Source of the DNA: Bacteroidaceae bacterium
GTDB lineage: Bacteria > Bacteroidota > Bacteroidia > Bacteroidales > Bacteroidaceae
DNA: 61,467 nucleotides
Direction of reading: 5' to 3'
NCBI GenBank assembly: GCA_963588695.1
Contig: CAVAIX010000001.1
Location: 1 to 61,467, forward strand
The position numbers and the translations under genes are program-made. The notes beneath the pieces were generated by a model. It worked only from the letters and a program-made list of their open reading frames with translations. It did not search any database and was not told the origin of the DNA. This document shows positions 9,501-19,438 of this stretch, in pieces (position 1 is the first letter of the stretch; each line of letters opens with the position of its first letter).

Positions 9501-10580
9501 TTACCTCATCTTTTTTATTGCTTCAACGATTTCTTCTGGTTCTGGAACAATTCCGCCCAAGCGTCCAAAGTGGCTAACGGAGATGCTTCCGTTGATGGCC
9601 AGACGGACATCTTGCACCATCTGTCCGGCATTGATTTCTACGACGAGTACGCCTTTCTTGCCTTGTGCCACCTTGGCGATGGCTTCTGAGGGGAACGGCC
9701 ACAGCGTGATGGGGCGAATCAGTCCGACTTTGAGTCCTTCTTCGCGCGCCATTTCCATCGCTTTCTGTGTCAGTCGTGCTGCACTGCCGAAGGCCACTAC
9801 GATGAAGTCGGCATCGTCGCACTGTATGGTTTCGTAACGCACTTCTTTTTCCTGGATGGTGCGGTATTTCTCTTGCAAGTGCAGGTTTCGTTGCTCCATG
9901 GCTTCGGGTTTGAGTTCGAGCGAGGTGATGATATTTGGCTTGCGCCCTTTGGTGCGCCCGGTGGTGGCCCAAGGACACTCTTTGATGACCTCCTCTTCCG
10001 TGCGTCGCGGCTTGATGGGTGGTAGCACTACTTTTTCCATCATCTGTCCGATGACGCCGTCGGCCAGTATCATGGCTGGATTGCGGTATTTGAAAGCCAA
10101 GGTGAACGCGAGGTCTACGAAGTCAGCCATTTCCTGCACGCTGGCTGGTGCCAACACGATGGTGTTATAGTCACCATTGCCTCCGCCTCGGGTGGCTTGG
10201 AAATAGTCGCCTTGCGAGGGCTGTATGGTGCCCAGTCCAGGGCCTCCGCGCTGCACGTTGATGAACACGCCTGGGAGTTCTGCACCTGCCATATAGGTGA
10301 TGCCTTCTTGCATGAGTGCGATACCTGGTGAGGACGACGAGGTGAGCACGCGTTTTCCTGCGGCTGCTCCACCGTAGATCATGTTGATGGATGCCACTTC
10401 GCTCTCCGCCTGTAGCACCACCATACCGGTGGTTTCCCAGGGCTTCAGCTCGGCCAGTGTCTCGATGACTTCGCTCTGTGGCGTGATGGGGTATCCGAAA
10501 TAGCCGTCAGCCCCGCATCGGATGGCAGCATGGGCCAGTGCCTCGTTGCCTTTCATGAGTGTTACTTCCTGTTCTGCCAT
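9501..10580 (-). CDS. vorB: 2-oxoacid (probably 2-oxoisovalerate):ferredoxin oxidoreductase alpha-type subunit
   Basis: MKGNEA, GYPITPQSE, QAESEVA, SSSPGIALMQE, QRGGPGLG; start MAEQEV at 10580. Confidence 0.9.
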   Translation of the reverse strand: MAEQEVTLMKGNEALAHAAIRCGADGYFGYPITPQSEVIETLAELKPWETTGMVVLQAESEVASINMIYGGAAAGKRVLTSSSSPGIALMQEGITYMAGAELPGVFINVQRGGPGLGTIQPSQGDYFQATRGGGNGDYNTIVLAPASVQEMADFVDLAFTLAFKYRNPAMILADGVIGQMMEKVVLPPIKPRRTEEEVIKECPWATTGRTKGRKPNIITSLELKPEAMEQRNLHLQEKYRTIQEKEVRYETIQCDDADFIVVAFGSAARLTQKAMEMAREEGLKVGLIRPITLWPFPSEAIAKVAQGKKGVLVVEINAGQMVQDVRLAINGSISVSHFGRLGGIVPEPEEIVEAIKKMR

Positions 10581-10584
10581 AGTT

Positions 10585-10815
10585 TTATTCCTCCATTTTT
10601 TTTCTGTAGACCGTGATACATCCGTCTGGACAAACGATGGCACACGAGGTGCATCCAGTACATTTGCCTGTTTGTGCTGGCTCCACGTAGGGATAGCCGT
10701 GCACATTGACTCGGTTGGCCAACACAATGACACCTTGCGGACAGGCACTGACGCACAATGCGCAGCCCTTGCAGCGGTCGGTGTCGACCACGATTGCTCC
10801 TTTTACCTTTGCCAT
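10585..10815 (-). CDS. 2x[4Fe-4S] ferredoxin (delta subunit)
   Basis: CKGCALCVSACP and CTGCTSCAIVCP. Confidence 0.93.
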   Translation of the reverse strand: MAKVKGAIVVDTDRCKGCALCVSACPQGVIVLANRVNVHGYPYVEPAQTGKCTGCTSCAIVCPDGCITVYRKKMEE

Positions 10816-10828
10816 AATGTTTTGTTTT

Positions 10829-11008
10829 TTATGGGTTATACGCGTCTTTATGATAATAGTTCAAGATATCGTCAAGCATTTGCTTGGCTGCTGCAGCTGG
10901 ACTGTCGGGGTCGAGTTCTGTGGCTTGCAGATAGTTGTTGATGGCGGCCTGCCAGTTGCCTTGTCTGCGATAGGCGTTGCCTTGCTCGTAATAGTCCTGA
11001 GCGGTCAT
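10829..11008 (-). CDS. 59-aa single-TPR protein
   Basis: Translated by hand: MTAQDYYEQGNAYRRQGNWQAAINNYLQATELDPDSPAAAAKQMLDDILNYYHKDAYNP*; TPR consensus (G..Y...G....A...Y..A.ELDP). Confidence 0.8.
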   Translation of the reverse strand: MTAQDYYEQGNAYRRQGNWQAAINNYLQATELDPDSPAAAAKQMLDDILNYYHKDAYNP

Positions 11009-11028
11009 TTTTTTGTCGGTTTCCTTCC

Positions 11029-11907
11029 TTATTTATAGTATTCTTTCTTGCTGGCGGCCAGTGTGTTCTTCATCAGCGAGCAGATGGTCATGGGACCCAC
11101 GCCTCCAGGGACGGGTGTGATGAAGGAGCATTTCGGTGCGACCTCGTCGAACTTGACATCGCCGTTGAGTCGGAAACCACTCTTCTTTGTGGCATCGGCC
11201 ACGCGTGTTGTTCCCACGTCGATGATGACTGCTCTAGGCTTCACCATGTCGGCTGTGACAAAGTCTGGGCGGCCGATGGCTGCGATGATGATGTCGGCCT
11301 GTTGGCACGCTGCCTTGAGGTTTGCAGAATGGGAGTGGCAAACGGTGACGGTGGCATCGCCATATTGTTTCTGCATCATGAGTTGTGCCATGGGTTTCCC
11401 GACGATGTTACTGCGCCCTAATACAACGCAATTCTTACCATTGGTTGGGATGTTGTAGCGTTTGAGGAGGGTGAGAATGCCTAATGGTGTGGCGGAGATG
11501 AAGCAGGGGAGGCCGATGGCCATGCGCCCTACGTTGATGGGATGGAAACCGTCTACGTCCTTGCGATAGTCGATGGTTTCGATGACCTTCTGCTCATCAA
11601 TGTGCCGGGGCAGTGGCAGCTGCACGATGAAGCCGTCGACGTCTGCATCCTTGTTCAGCCGTTCTACGCAGCTCAGGAGTTCCTCCTCGGTGACATCGTC
11701 CTCATAGCGTATCAGTGTCGATTTGAAGCCGCAGGCTTCGCAGGCCAGCACCTTGTTCTTCACGTAAGTCTCTGAGCCACCATCGTGACCCACTAACACC
11801 GCTGCCAAATGGGGTTGTTTGCCGCCTTCTGCCACGATGTTCTTCACTTCTTCAGCTATCTCGGCCTTGATGGCCGCTGCGGTAGCCTTGCCGTCTATCA
11901 GTTGCAT
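11029..11907 (-). CDS. folD: Methylenetetrahydrofolate dehydrogenase/cyclohydrolase
   Basis: [42 protein letters not shown]. Confidence 0.97.
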   Translation of the reverse strand: MQLIDGKATAAAIKAEIAEEVKNIVAEGGKQPHLAAVLVGHDGGSETYVKNKVLACEACGFKSTLIRYEDDVTEEELLSCVERLNKDADVDGFIVQLPLPRHIDEQKVIETIDYRKDVDGFHPINVGRMAIGLPCFISATPLGILTLLKRYNIPTNGKNCVVLGRSNIVGKPMAQLMMQKQYGDATVTVCHSHSANLKAACQQADIIIAAIGRPDFVTADMVKPRAVIIDVGTTRVADATKKSGFRLNGDVKFDEVAPKCSFITPVPGGVGPMTICSLMKNTLAASKKEYYK

Positions 11908-11931
11908 CTCTCGTGTATGTGTTTATTTCGT

Positions 11932-13272
11932 TTAGTGTCTCATGTGTCGCATGGCGTTGGCCATCTGCATCATCTTTGAACTGCCGCTGCCCGCCATCAT
12001 CTTCATCACCTTTCGTGTCTGGTCGAACTGCTTGAGCAGTCGGTTCACCTCTTCTATCTTCGTGCCGCTGCCCTTGGCGATACGCTGTCTGCGACTTTGG
12101 TTGATGAGGTCGGGGTTGGCGCGCTCTTTGGGAGTCATGGACTGTATGATGGCCTCGATGCCCTTGAAGGCGTTGTCGTCGATGTCAATGTCTTTGATGG
12201 CCTTGCCCACGCCAGGTATCATGCCTGCCAGATCTTTGATGTTTCCCATCTTCTTGATTTGCTGGATCTGCCCCATGAAGTCGTTGAAGTCGAACTTATT
12301 CTTGCGGATTTTTTTCTCCAGCTCGCGCGCTTTCTGCTCGTCAAACTGCTCCTGTGCGCGCTCCACGAGTGATACGATGTCACCCATGCCGAGAATGCGG
12401 TCGGCCATGCGCTCGGGATGGAACACGTCTATGGCTTCCATCTTCTCGCCCGTTCCCACGAACTTAATGGGCTTGCTGACGACGGTGCGGATGGAGAGGG
12501 CGGCACCACCGCGTGTATCGCCATCGAGCTTTGTCAGTACTACGCCGTCGAAGTCCAGTCGGTCGTTGAATTCCTTTGCCGTGTTTACGGCATCCTGTCC
12601 CGTCATGGCATCTACGACGAAGAGTGTTTCGTCGGGCTGAACGGCTTCTTTCAGCTGGGATATCTCGTCCATCATCTCTTCGTCCACGGCCAGTCGGCCT
12701 GCGGTGTCGACGATGACGACGTTATAGTTCTTAGCCTTGGCTTCATGGATGGCGTGGCGCGCTATCTCTACCACGTCCGTGTTTCCTAGTTCGGAATAGA
12801 CGGGCACTCCGATGCCTTCGCCCACCATGTGTAGTTGCTGAATGGCGGCGGGGCGATAGACGTCGCAGGCCACGAGCAGTGGACTCTTGTGCTGTTTGTT
12901 TTTTAGCATGTTGGCCAACTTACCGCTGAACGTCGTTTTACCCGAGCCTTGCAGGCCTGACATGAGGATGACGGCGGGGCGGCTTTCCAAGGCTAAATCC
13001 ACGGCTTGTCCACCCATCAGTGCGGCCAACTCGTCGTGTACAATCTTGACCATCAACTGTCCAGGTTTCACGGCTGTCAGCACGTTCATGCCCATCGCCT
13101 TCTGCTTCACTGTGTCTGTGAAGTTTTTGGCCACTTTGTAGTTCACATCGGCATCCAACAGGGCGCGTCGCACATCTTTAAGTGTTTCAGCCACATTGAT
13201 TTCGGTGATTTTTCCTTCACCCTTCAGTATCTTGAACGAGCGTTCAAGTCTTTCGCTTAGGTTCTCAAACAT
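11932..13272 (-). CDS. ffh: Signal recognition particle protein
   Basis: GLQGSGKTT, DVYRPAA, DTAGR, TKLDGDTRGG, RILGMGD, Met-rich M domain. Confidence 0.98.
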   Translation of the reverse strand: MFENLSERLERSFKILKGEGKITEINVAETLKDVRRALLDADVNYKVAKNFTDTVKQKAMGMNVLTAVKPGQLMVKIVHDELAALMGGQAVDLALESRPAVILMSGLQGSGKTTFSGKLANMLKNKQHKSPLLVACDVYRPAAIQQLHMVGEGIGVPVYSELGNTDVVEIARHAIHEAKAKNYNVVIVDTAGRLAVDEEMMDEISQLKEAVQPDETLFVVDAMTGQDAVNTAKEFNDRLDFDGVVLTKLDGDTRGGAALSIRTVVSKPIKFVGTGEKMEAIDVFHPERMADRILGMGDIVSLVERAQEQFDEQKARELEKKIRKNKFDFNDFMGQIQQIKKMGNIKDLAGMIPGVGKAIKDIDIDDNAFKGIEAIIQSMTPKERANPDLINQSRRQRIAKGSGTKIEEVNRLLKQFDQTRKVMKMMAGSGSSKMMQMANAMRHMRH

Positions 13273-13294
13273 ATCGTCTCATTATTTTCTTGCC

Positions 13295-13379
13295 TGCAAA
13301 GGTACGAATAAGCGAGCGAAACGCAAAAAGAAAATGTGTTTTCTTTTTGCGTTTTCGAGCGTTTCCGAGCGTGAGTATC
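13295..13379 (-). repeat. Palindromic promoter-bearing repeat, copy A (ffh promoter; hairpin may also terminate buk)
   Basis: Long stem GAAACGCAAAAAGAAAA-TGTG-TTTTCTTTTTGCGTTTT; minus strand reads TTTG-CGTTTCGCTCGCTTATTCG-TACCTTTGCA. Confidence 0.75.
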
Positions 13380-13424
13380 ACGCAACAATACTCGATAGCC
13401 GCTGTTTTCGTTTTATGGGTAACC

Positions 13425-14492
13425 TTAACTATACACTTGTGCTTCGCATGTCCCTCGCAGTACGGACAGGGCGTTGAGTGCCAGCGCCTCCATCTCGTTT
13501 TCTCCGGGGAAGCAGTAGACAGGGGCGAGGTAGCTGATGCGGCGGCGCAGTTCGCTGGTGATGTAGTCGCTGTGAGCCATACCGCCTGTCAGCAGGATGG
13601 CATCGATGTTGCCGCAGAACACGGCGCCCTCAGCGGCAATCTGCTTGGCGGTGTGGTAGAGCATGGCATCGGTGACCAACCGAGCGTGTTCGTCGCCGTT
13701 CTTGATGCGCTCCAGTATCTCCTTCATGTTGTTGGTGCCGAGGTGGGCAGTCAGTCCTGCCTGGCCAGCGATGCGTTTAAGTAGTTGCTTTTCGGTGTAC
13801 TTTCTACTGAAGCACAGGCGGATGAGGTCAGCAGCGGGCAGAGAGCCTGCGCGCTCTGGAGAAAACGGTCCTTCACCGTCCAGGGCATTGTTCGTGTCAA
13901 TGGCCTTACCGTGTTCGTGGGCGGCCACGGAGATGCCGCCGCCTAAGTGGCAGATGATAAGGTTGAGGTCTTCATAGTTTTTTCCAATGCCTCGCGCATA
14001 GCGACGGGCAATGGCGCGCTGGTTGAGGGCGTGCCAGATGCAGATGCGATCCATGAGTGGACTGCCACTGATGCGCGCCAACGGGGACAATTCGTCAACC
14101 ACGCCGGGGTCAGCGATGAATGCACGGCAGTGAGGGATGGTGGCGGCTATCTCGTGGGCAATCAGACAGCCGAGATTGCAGGCGTGGTTGTGCATGACGC
14201 AACCGCGCAGCGTGTCGTCGATCATGCGGTCGTTGATCTCGTAGACACCGCCTGCAATGGGCTTGACCAGTCCGCCTCTTCCGATGACGGCATCGAACTG
14301 GAGGGGGATGTTGGCGCGTTCCAGTTCCTGAATGACGAGGTTGCGCCGGAAGTCTTGTTGCTCGGTGATGTTGTCGAAGGGTGCGAGGTCTTCGGCAGAA
14401 TGGGCGATGCTGTGGAGGAGGATGGGCTTTTCGTCGTCATAGACGGCCATTTTGGTGGATGTTGAACCCGGATTGATGACAAGGATACGCAT
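13425..14492 (-). CDS. buk: Butyrate / branched-chain carboxylic acid kinase
   Basis: LVINPGSTSTK, GRGGL, HACNLG, HALNQRA, CHLGGGISV, GPFSPERAG, PGENEM. Confidence 0.95.
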   Translation of the reverse strand: MRILVINPGSTSTKMAVYDDEKPILLHSIAHSAEDLAPFDNITEQQDFRRNLVIQELERANIPLQFDAVIGRGGLVKPIAGGVYEINDRMIDDTLRGCVMHNHACNLGCLIAHEIAATIPHCRAFIADPGVVDELSPLARISGSPLMDRICIWHALNQRAIARRYARGIGKNYEDLNLIICHLGGGISVAAHEHGKAIDTNNALDGEGPFSPERAGSLPAADLIRLCFSRKYTEKQLLKRIAGQAGLTAHLGTNNMKEILERIKNGDEHARLVTDAMLYHTAKQIAAEGAVFCGNIDAILLTGGMAHSDYITSELRRRISYLAPVYCFPGENEMEALALNALSVLRGTCEAQVYS

Positions 14493-14504
14493 AGGATAGG
14501 AGGT

Positions 14505-15344
14505 TTAGTAGTTAAGACTGGAGATGGCGAGGAGCACGCTGTTGAACTTAGCTTCAGCGGAGTCGCCGCGCGACGGAACGACCACGGGATGGGACGTGCC
14601 GCAGAGCATGCCAGCCGTGTGTGCACCAGCAAAGAGGGTCATGGACTTGTAGAAGGCATTGCCAGCTTCGATGTCGGGTAGAATGAGCACATCGCTGTCG
14701 CCCATCAGCGGCGACTTGATGCCTTTTGCTTGTAGGGCGTGCAGGGAACAGGCCGTCTTCACGTCAAGCGGTCCGTCAATGATGCAGTGACCGAAACTAC
14801 CGTCGCGCCCCATTTGGCAGATGTCTTTGTAGCCGTCGACAAACGGGAACTGCTTGCCGGGCTTCTCGGAGCAGTGGATGAGGGCGACGCGTGGCTGGGC
14901 GATGCCAGTGGCGTGGCACACGTCAATGGCGTAACGCACCTGTTCAATGCGTTGCTCGTGAGTGGGATAGGGAATAACGGCCGCGTCGCTAAAGAACAGC
15001 ATCTTGTGGTAGGTGGGAATTTCCGCTAAGGCAAGGTGGGTCAGGGTGCGCCCTTTCGGCAGCAGACCGTGTTCCTTGTCGAGCACAGCGCGCAGGAGGC
15101 GGTCGGTGCCGATTAGTCCCTTCATCAGGATGTCGGCCTCGCCGCTCCGCACCATTTCCACGGCACGGGCAGCGGCTTCCTCTGGCGTTTCGCCGTCCAC
15201 ATAGACTGGCTCTGCCAGTCCGAGTTGTTTACTGCGGTCTAAGGCCGAAAGGGTGGCTTTGTCGTAGACGCACACCGTAGCAATGCGGCAACGCGTGTGG
15301 CGTTGCTGTAGTTGCTCTTGGAGTTCTTGAAAGGTTCTGAACAT
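14505..15344 (-). CDS. ptb: Phosphate butyryltransferase / phosphate acyltransferase
   Basis: ADILMKGL, SDAAVIPYP, IDGPLD, PDIEAGN, VVPSRGDS; adjacent to buk. Confidence 0.88.
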   Translation of the reverse strand: MFRTFQELQEQLQQRHTRCRIATVCVYDKATLSALDRSKQLGLAEPVYVDGETPEEAAARAVEMVRSGEADILMKGLIGTDRLLRAVLDKEHGLLPKGRTLTHLALAEIPTYHKMLFFSDAAVIPYPTHEQRIEQVRYAIDVCHATGIAQPRVALIHCSEKPGKQFPFVDGYKDICQMGRDGSFGHCIIDGPLDVKTACSLHALQAKGIKSPLMGDSDVLILPDIEAGNAFYKSMTLFAGAHTAGMLCGTSHPVVVPSRGDSAEAKFNSVLLAISSLNY

Positions 15345-15389
15345 ATAGATAGGCTTTAGTAGTTGGTTGTTGCGTGGGTTCGATCTGTG

Positions 15390-16595
15390 TTACTGTAGGC
15401 TTTGTCGATACCATTCGAAGAGCTTCCGTACACCATCTTCGATCTCCACCCGATGAGTCCATCCCAGTGCGTGGAGCTTGGATACGTCAATGAGCTTGCG
15501 CATGGTGCCGTCGGGCTTGGAGGTATCGAAGACTATCTCGCCCGTGAAGCCGACGGCTTTCTTCACTAATTCTGAGAGCTCGCGGATGGTGAGTTCCTTG
15601 CCCGTACCCACGTTGATATGGCAGTTGCGGATTTCACCGAGCGAAGGGATGGCTCCGCCGCGCCCCTCTGAGTTGTTGCGGTCGACAGCACCGTCGGCCT
15701 TTGCGCCAAGAAACACCGATGAGTACTGTTCGATGCCGATGATGTCTTTGAAGTCGACGTTCAGGAGCACGTGGACGCTGGCATCCGCCATGTCTTCACT
15801 CCACAGGAATTCGCGGAGTGGACGGCCTGTGCCCCACAGCACCACTTTGTTGTCGTAGATGCCGTAGAAGGCGAGTGCTTGCAGGATGCGCTCTCGGCTG
15901 TTGCTGCCGTCCACGTTGCCACCGCCGACGAGGGCGCGGAGCTTGTCTGTGGGGTTGACAGGGCGCTTGTCCATGTCTGTCGCAATGCTCTTCCAGTCGC
16001 CTTCATGGATGAGTTTGGCCAAATAGATTTTGCGCATCATGGCCGGCATTACGTGGCTGTTTTCTAGGTGGAAATTGTCGTTAGGACCATATAGGTTGGT
16101 GGGCATCACGGCGATGTAGTTGGTGCCGTACTGCAGGTTGTAGCTCTCGCACATTTTCAGTCCAGCAATCTTCGCGATGGCGTATTCCTCGTTCGTATAT
16201 TCTAATGGCGACGTGAGCAGCGCATCTTCCTTCATGGGTTGCGGCGCATTTTTTGGGTAGATGCAGGTGGAACCTAAGAAGAGCAGTTTCTTTACCTGAT
16301 GGGTATAGGCTTCGCTGATGACGTTGCACTGTATCTTCATGTTCTGCATGATGAAGTCGGCACGGTAGAGCGAGTTGGCCATGATTCCACCGACGAAGGC
16401 GGCTGCCAGTATCACGGCATCGGGGTGCTCCTCGTCGAAGAATTGCTTGACGGCCTGCAGGTCGGTGAGGTCGAGCTCCCGATGACTGCGTCCTACAAGG
16501 TTGTGGTAGCCCCGCTGCTTGAGGTTGTTCCAGATGGCTGAGCCGACCAGTCCGTGGTGGCCAGCCACATAGATTTTACTGTCTTTTTTCAACAT
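15390..16595 (-). CDS. fcl: GDP-L-fucose synthase
   Basis: GHHGLVGSA, VGGI-x-AN, FLGSTCIYPK, YAIAKIAG, MPTNLYGPNDNF, SHVMPA, KPDGT. Confidence 0.96.
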   Translation of the reverse strand: MLKKDSKIYVAGHHGLVGSAIWNNLKQRGYHNLVGRSHRELDLTDLQAVKQFFDEEHPDAVILAAAFVGGIMANSLYRADFIMQNMKIQCNVISEAYTHQVKKLLFLGSTCIYPKNAPQPMKEDALLTSPLEYTNEEYAIAKIAGLKMCESYNLQYGTNYIAVMPTNLYGPNDNFHLENSHVMPAMMRKIYLAKLIHEGDWKSIATDMDKRPVNPTDKLRALVGGGNVDGSNSRERILQALAFYGIYDNKVVLWGTGRPLREFLWSEDMADASVHVLLNVDFKDIIGIEQYSSVFLGAKADGAVDRNNSEGRGGAIPSLGEIRNCHINVGTGKELTIRELSELVKKAVGFTGEIVFDTSKPDGTMRKLIDVSKLHALGWTHRVEIEDGVRKLFEWYRQSLQ

Positions 16596-16597
16596 CT

Positions 16598-17686
16598 TTA
16601 TTCTGGCATTTGTGCTTTGAGGAAGAGTTTCTTGACGAAAGTCATATCGTGGCGTACCATGATGTGGACAAGTTCTTCAAAGGAGGTCTTCCGGGGGTTC
16701 CAGCCCAGTGTGTTCTTGGCCTTGGCAGGGTTGCCGAGCAGTTGATCCACCTCTGCTGGACGGAAATATTTCGGGTCGACTTCCACAAGCACCTTGCCCG
16801 TCTTCTTGTCGATGCCCTGTTCGTCCAGTCCGTCACCGCGCCACTCCAGTTCGATGCCTGCTTCGCTGAAGGCCAGTGTGGCAAACTCGCGCACGGTGTG
16901 GTATTCACCCGTGGCAATGACGAAATCGTCGGGTTGGGGCTGCTGGAGGATGAGCCACATACATTCCACATAGTCCTTGGCGTAACCCCAGTCGCGCAGT
17001 GAGTTGAGGTTGCCCAAATATAGCTTGTCTTGATATCCCTGTGCGATGCGTGCTGCTGCGAGTGTGATTTTGCGTGTCACGAAGGTTTCGCCGCGGCGTT
17101 CGCTTTCGTGGTTGAAGAGGATGCCGTTGCAGCAGTACATATCGTACGACTCGCGGTAGTTCTTCATGATCCAGTAACCATAGAGTTTGGCCACGGAGTA
17201 GGGCGAACGCGGATAGAACGGAGTAGTTTCGCTCTGCGGCACTTCCTGCACCTTGCCGAAGAGCTCGGAAGTGGAGGCTTGATAGATGCGGCAGCTCTTG
17301 TCCAGTCCGCAGATGCGCACGGCTTCTAACAGACGGAGCACACCAGTGGCGTCCACGTCAGCCGTGTATTCTGGCACATCGAACGATACCTTCACGTGAC
17401 TTTGTGCTGCGAGGTTGTATATCTCTGTGGGTTTGGTCTCACCGATGATGCGGATGAGTGAGGAGGAGTCCGTCATGTCTGCCCAGTGGAGGTTTATCAA
17501 GCGTTTCTTCTTCATGTCGCGCACCCATTCATCGAGGTAGAGGTGTTCTATCCTGCCTGTGTTGAACGACGATGAGCGGCGCAACAGTCCGTGGACTTCA
17601 TAGCCCTTGTCGATGAGAAACTCGGCGAGGTACGAACCATCCTGTCCAGTGATTCCAGTGATGAGTGCTACTTTTCTGTTTTCCAT
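16598..17686 (-). CDS. gmd: GDP-mannose 4,6-dehydratase
   Basis: [45 protein letters not shown]; start MENRKVA at 17686. Confidence 0.97.
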   Translation of the reverse strand: MENRKVALITGITGQDGSYLAEFLIDKGYEVHGLLRRSSSFNTGRIEHLYLDEWVRDMKKKRLINLHWADMTDSSSLIRIIGETKPTEIYNLAAQSHVKVSFDVPEYTADVDATGVLRLLEAVRICGLDKSCRIYQASTSELFGKVQEVPQSETTPFYPRSPYSVAKLYGYWIMKNYRESYDMYCCNGILFNHESERRGETFVTRKITLAAARIAQGYQDKLYLGNLNSLRDWGYAKDYVECMWLILQQPQPDDFVIATGEYHTVREFATLAFSEAGIELEWRGDGLDEQGIDKKTGKVLVEVDPKYFRPAEVDQLLGNPAKAKNTLGWNPRKTSFEELVHIMVRHDMTFVKKLFLKAQMPE

Positions 17687-17724
17687 ATTTATCTTGTTGT
17701 TGTTTTTGTGAATATTCTTGTTGT

Positions 17725-18792
17725 TTAGTCCTGTTCCGAGAATTGCTTGATGCGCTGTTCTTCCGAGAGTTTGCAGATGAGTAGCGTGCCGTCGTGTTCG
17801 GCTACGATGTATCCGTCCAGTCCCTGCACCACTACTTTCTGCTCCTGGGCAGTGTGGATGATGCAGTTGTGCGACTCTACGAGGGTGATGTTGTTGCCGA
17901 TGCAGGCGTTGCCGTAGATGTCCTTCTTGGACTGTTGTTGAAGTGAACCCCAAGTACCGAGGTCGCTCCATCCGAAGTCTGCTGGGCACACGAAGATTTC
18001 CTCGGCCTTCTCCATGATGGCATAGTCGACGGATATGTTCTCACATTCTGGGAACACGCGGTCAATCTCCTCCTGTTCCTGCGCAGTTCCGTAGATGGGT
18101 AGCAGGGTCTCGAAGAGTTTGGAGAGCGTGGGCTGGTAGACGCGGAAGGCGTTGACGATGGTGGAGACGTTCCATACGAAGATGCCAGAGTTCCAAAAGT
18201 AGTAGTTCTTCTTGATGTACTGCTTGGCGGTCTCCAGGTCGGGCTTCTCGCGGAAGGAGTCCACACGGAATATCTCCTTGTTGCGCAGCGAACTGCTGGA
18301 GAGGTCGGCTTGTATGTAGCCGTACCCAGTCTCGGGGCGCGTGGGCTTCATGCCCAAGGTGACAATAGCGTCGCTGTCGGCCGTGAAGTCTAGACATTCG
18401 CTGATGACGCGGCGGAACTCAACGGGGTCGGTGACTATATGGTCGCTGGGGGTCACTACGATGTTGGCCTTAGCGTCGCAGGCCTTGATGCGCCAACTGA
18501 CGTATGCGATACAGGGGGCGGTGTTGCGGCGGCACGGTTCGCAGAGGATGTGGCTGGCCGGCAGATCGGGCAGTTGTTCCTGCACCATGTGGACGTATTT
18601 TCGATTGGTCACCACCCACACGTTTTCGTGGGGTACAACGCTCGCAAAGCGGTCTTTGGTGAGTTGTAGAAGCGAGCGCCCGACGCCCAGCACGTCGATG
18701 AACTGCTTGGGAGTCTCTACGGTGCTCATGGGCCAGAACCGGCTACCCACGCCGCCTGCCATGATGACCAGATGGTTGCTGTTGTTTGCCAT
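17725..18792 (-). CDS. manC: Mannose-1-phosphate guanylyltransferase
   Basis: [59 protein letters not shown]. Confidence 0.95.
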   Translation of the reverse strand: MANNSNHLVIMAGGVGSRFWPMSTVETPKQFIDVLGVGRSLLQLTKDRFASVVPHENVWVVTNRKYVHMVQEQLPDLPASHILCEPCRRNTAPCIAYVSWRIKACDAKANIVVTPSDHIVTDPVEFRRVISECLDFTADSDAIVTLGMKPTRPETGYGYIQADLSSSSLRNKEIFRVDSFREKPDLETAKQYIKKNYYFWNSGIFVWNVSTIVNAFRVYQPTLSKLFETLLPIYGTAQEQEEIDRVFPECENISVDYAIMEKAEEIFVCPADFGWSDLGTWGSLQQQSKKDIYGNACIGNNITLVESHNCIIHTAQEQKVVVQGLDGYIVAEHDGTLLICKLSEEQRIKQFSEQD

Positions 18793-18799
18793 ATTGTTG

Positions 18800-19438
18800 T
18801 TATATACGTTGTTGATTCTTTATTCTTCTGATGAGTGCACGCATGGCGAAATAGCCTGTGGCGAGCACGACGAGCGCTACGATGCCGAGCTTGATGTATT
18901 CGGCATATTCGGCAATCTTGTCGTTGAGTTGTTCGGCGGGCACGATGCGGTGGAGATACCAGCCCAGCAGGGCGAGGATGGCGTGCCAGACTCCAGCTCC
19001 GATGGTGGTGTAGAGCAGAAATTTCCAGTAGTTCATCTTGGCGAGACCAGCAGGGATTGAGATGAGGTGGCGGATGCCAGGGATGAGTCGCCCGGTCAAT
19101 GTAGCCACGATGCCGTGGCGGTCGAAGTAGCGTTCGCTCCTCTCCACTTTCTCTTGGTTGAGCAGACACATCTTCCCCCATTTGCTGTTGGCAAACCGAT
19201 AGATGACTGGGCGTCCGACGTAGTAGGCCACCAAGTAGTTGATGGAAGCACCACAGTCTGCACCAATCGTGGCCACGAGGATGACTAAGAATACATCTAA
19301 ATTGCCACTGGCTGCGTAATAGGCTGCGGGAGTTACCACGAACTCAGAGGGCACGGGAACGACAGTGCTCTCGAGTAGCATGAGGAAGAATATTGTGCCA
19401 TAGTTGAGGTTGGCGAGGAGTGAGGTGATGAAGTTCAC
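18800..19438 (-). CDS. DedA family membrane protein
   Basis: LESTVVPVPSE, GRLIPGIRHLISIPAG, several hydrophobic segments; GTG start. Confidence 0.9.
   Translation of the reverse strand: MNFITSLLANLNYGTIFFLMLLESTVVPVPSEFVVTPAAYYAASGNLDVFLVILVATIGADCGASINYLVAYYVGRPVIYRFANSKWGKMCLLNQEKVERSERYFDRHGIVATLTGRLIPGIRHLISIPAGLAKMNYWKFLLYTTIGAGVWHAILALLGWYLHRIVPAEQLNDKIAEYAEYIKLGIVALVVLATGYFAMRALIRRIKNQQRI

Noticed and set aside
13273..13424. SRP RNA next to ffh
   Set aside because: No SRP helix-8 motif; the hairpin belongs to the promoter-bearing repeat
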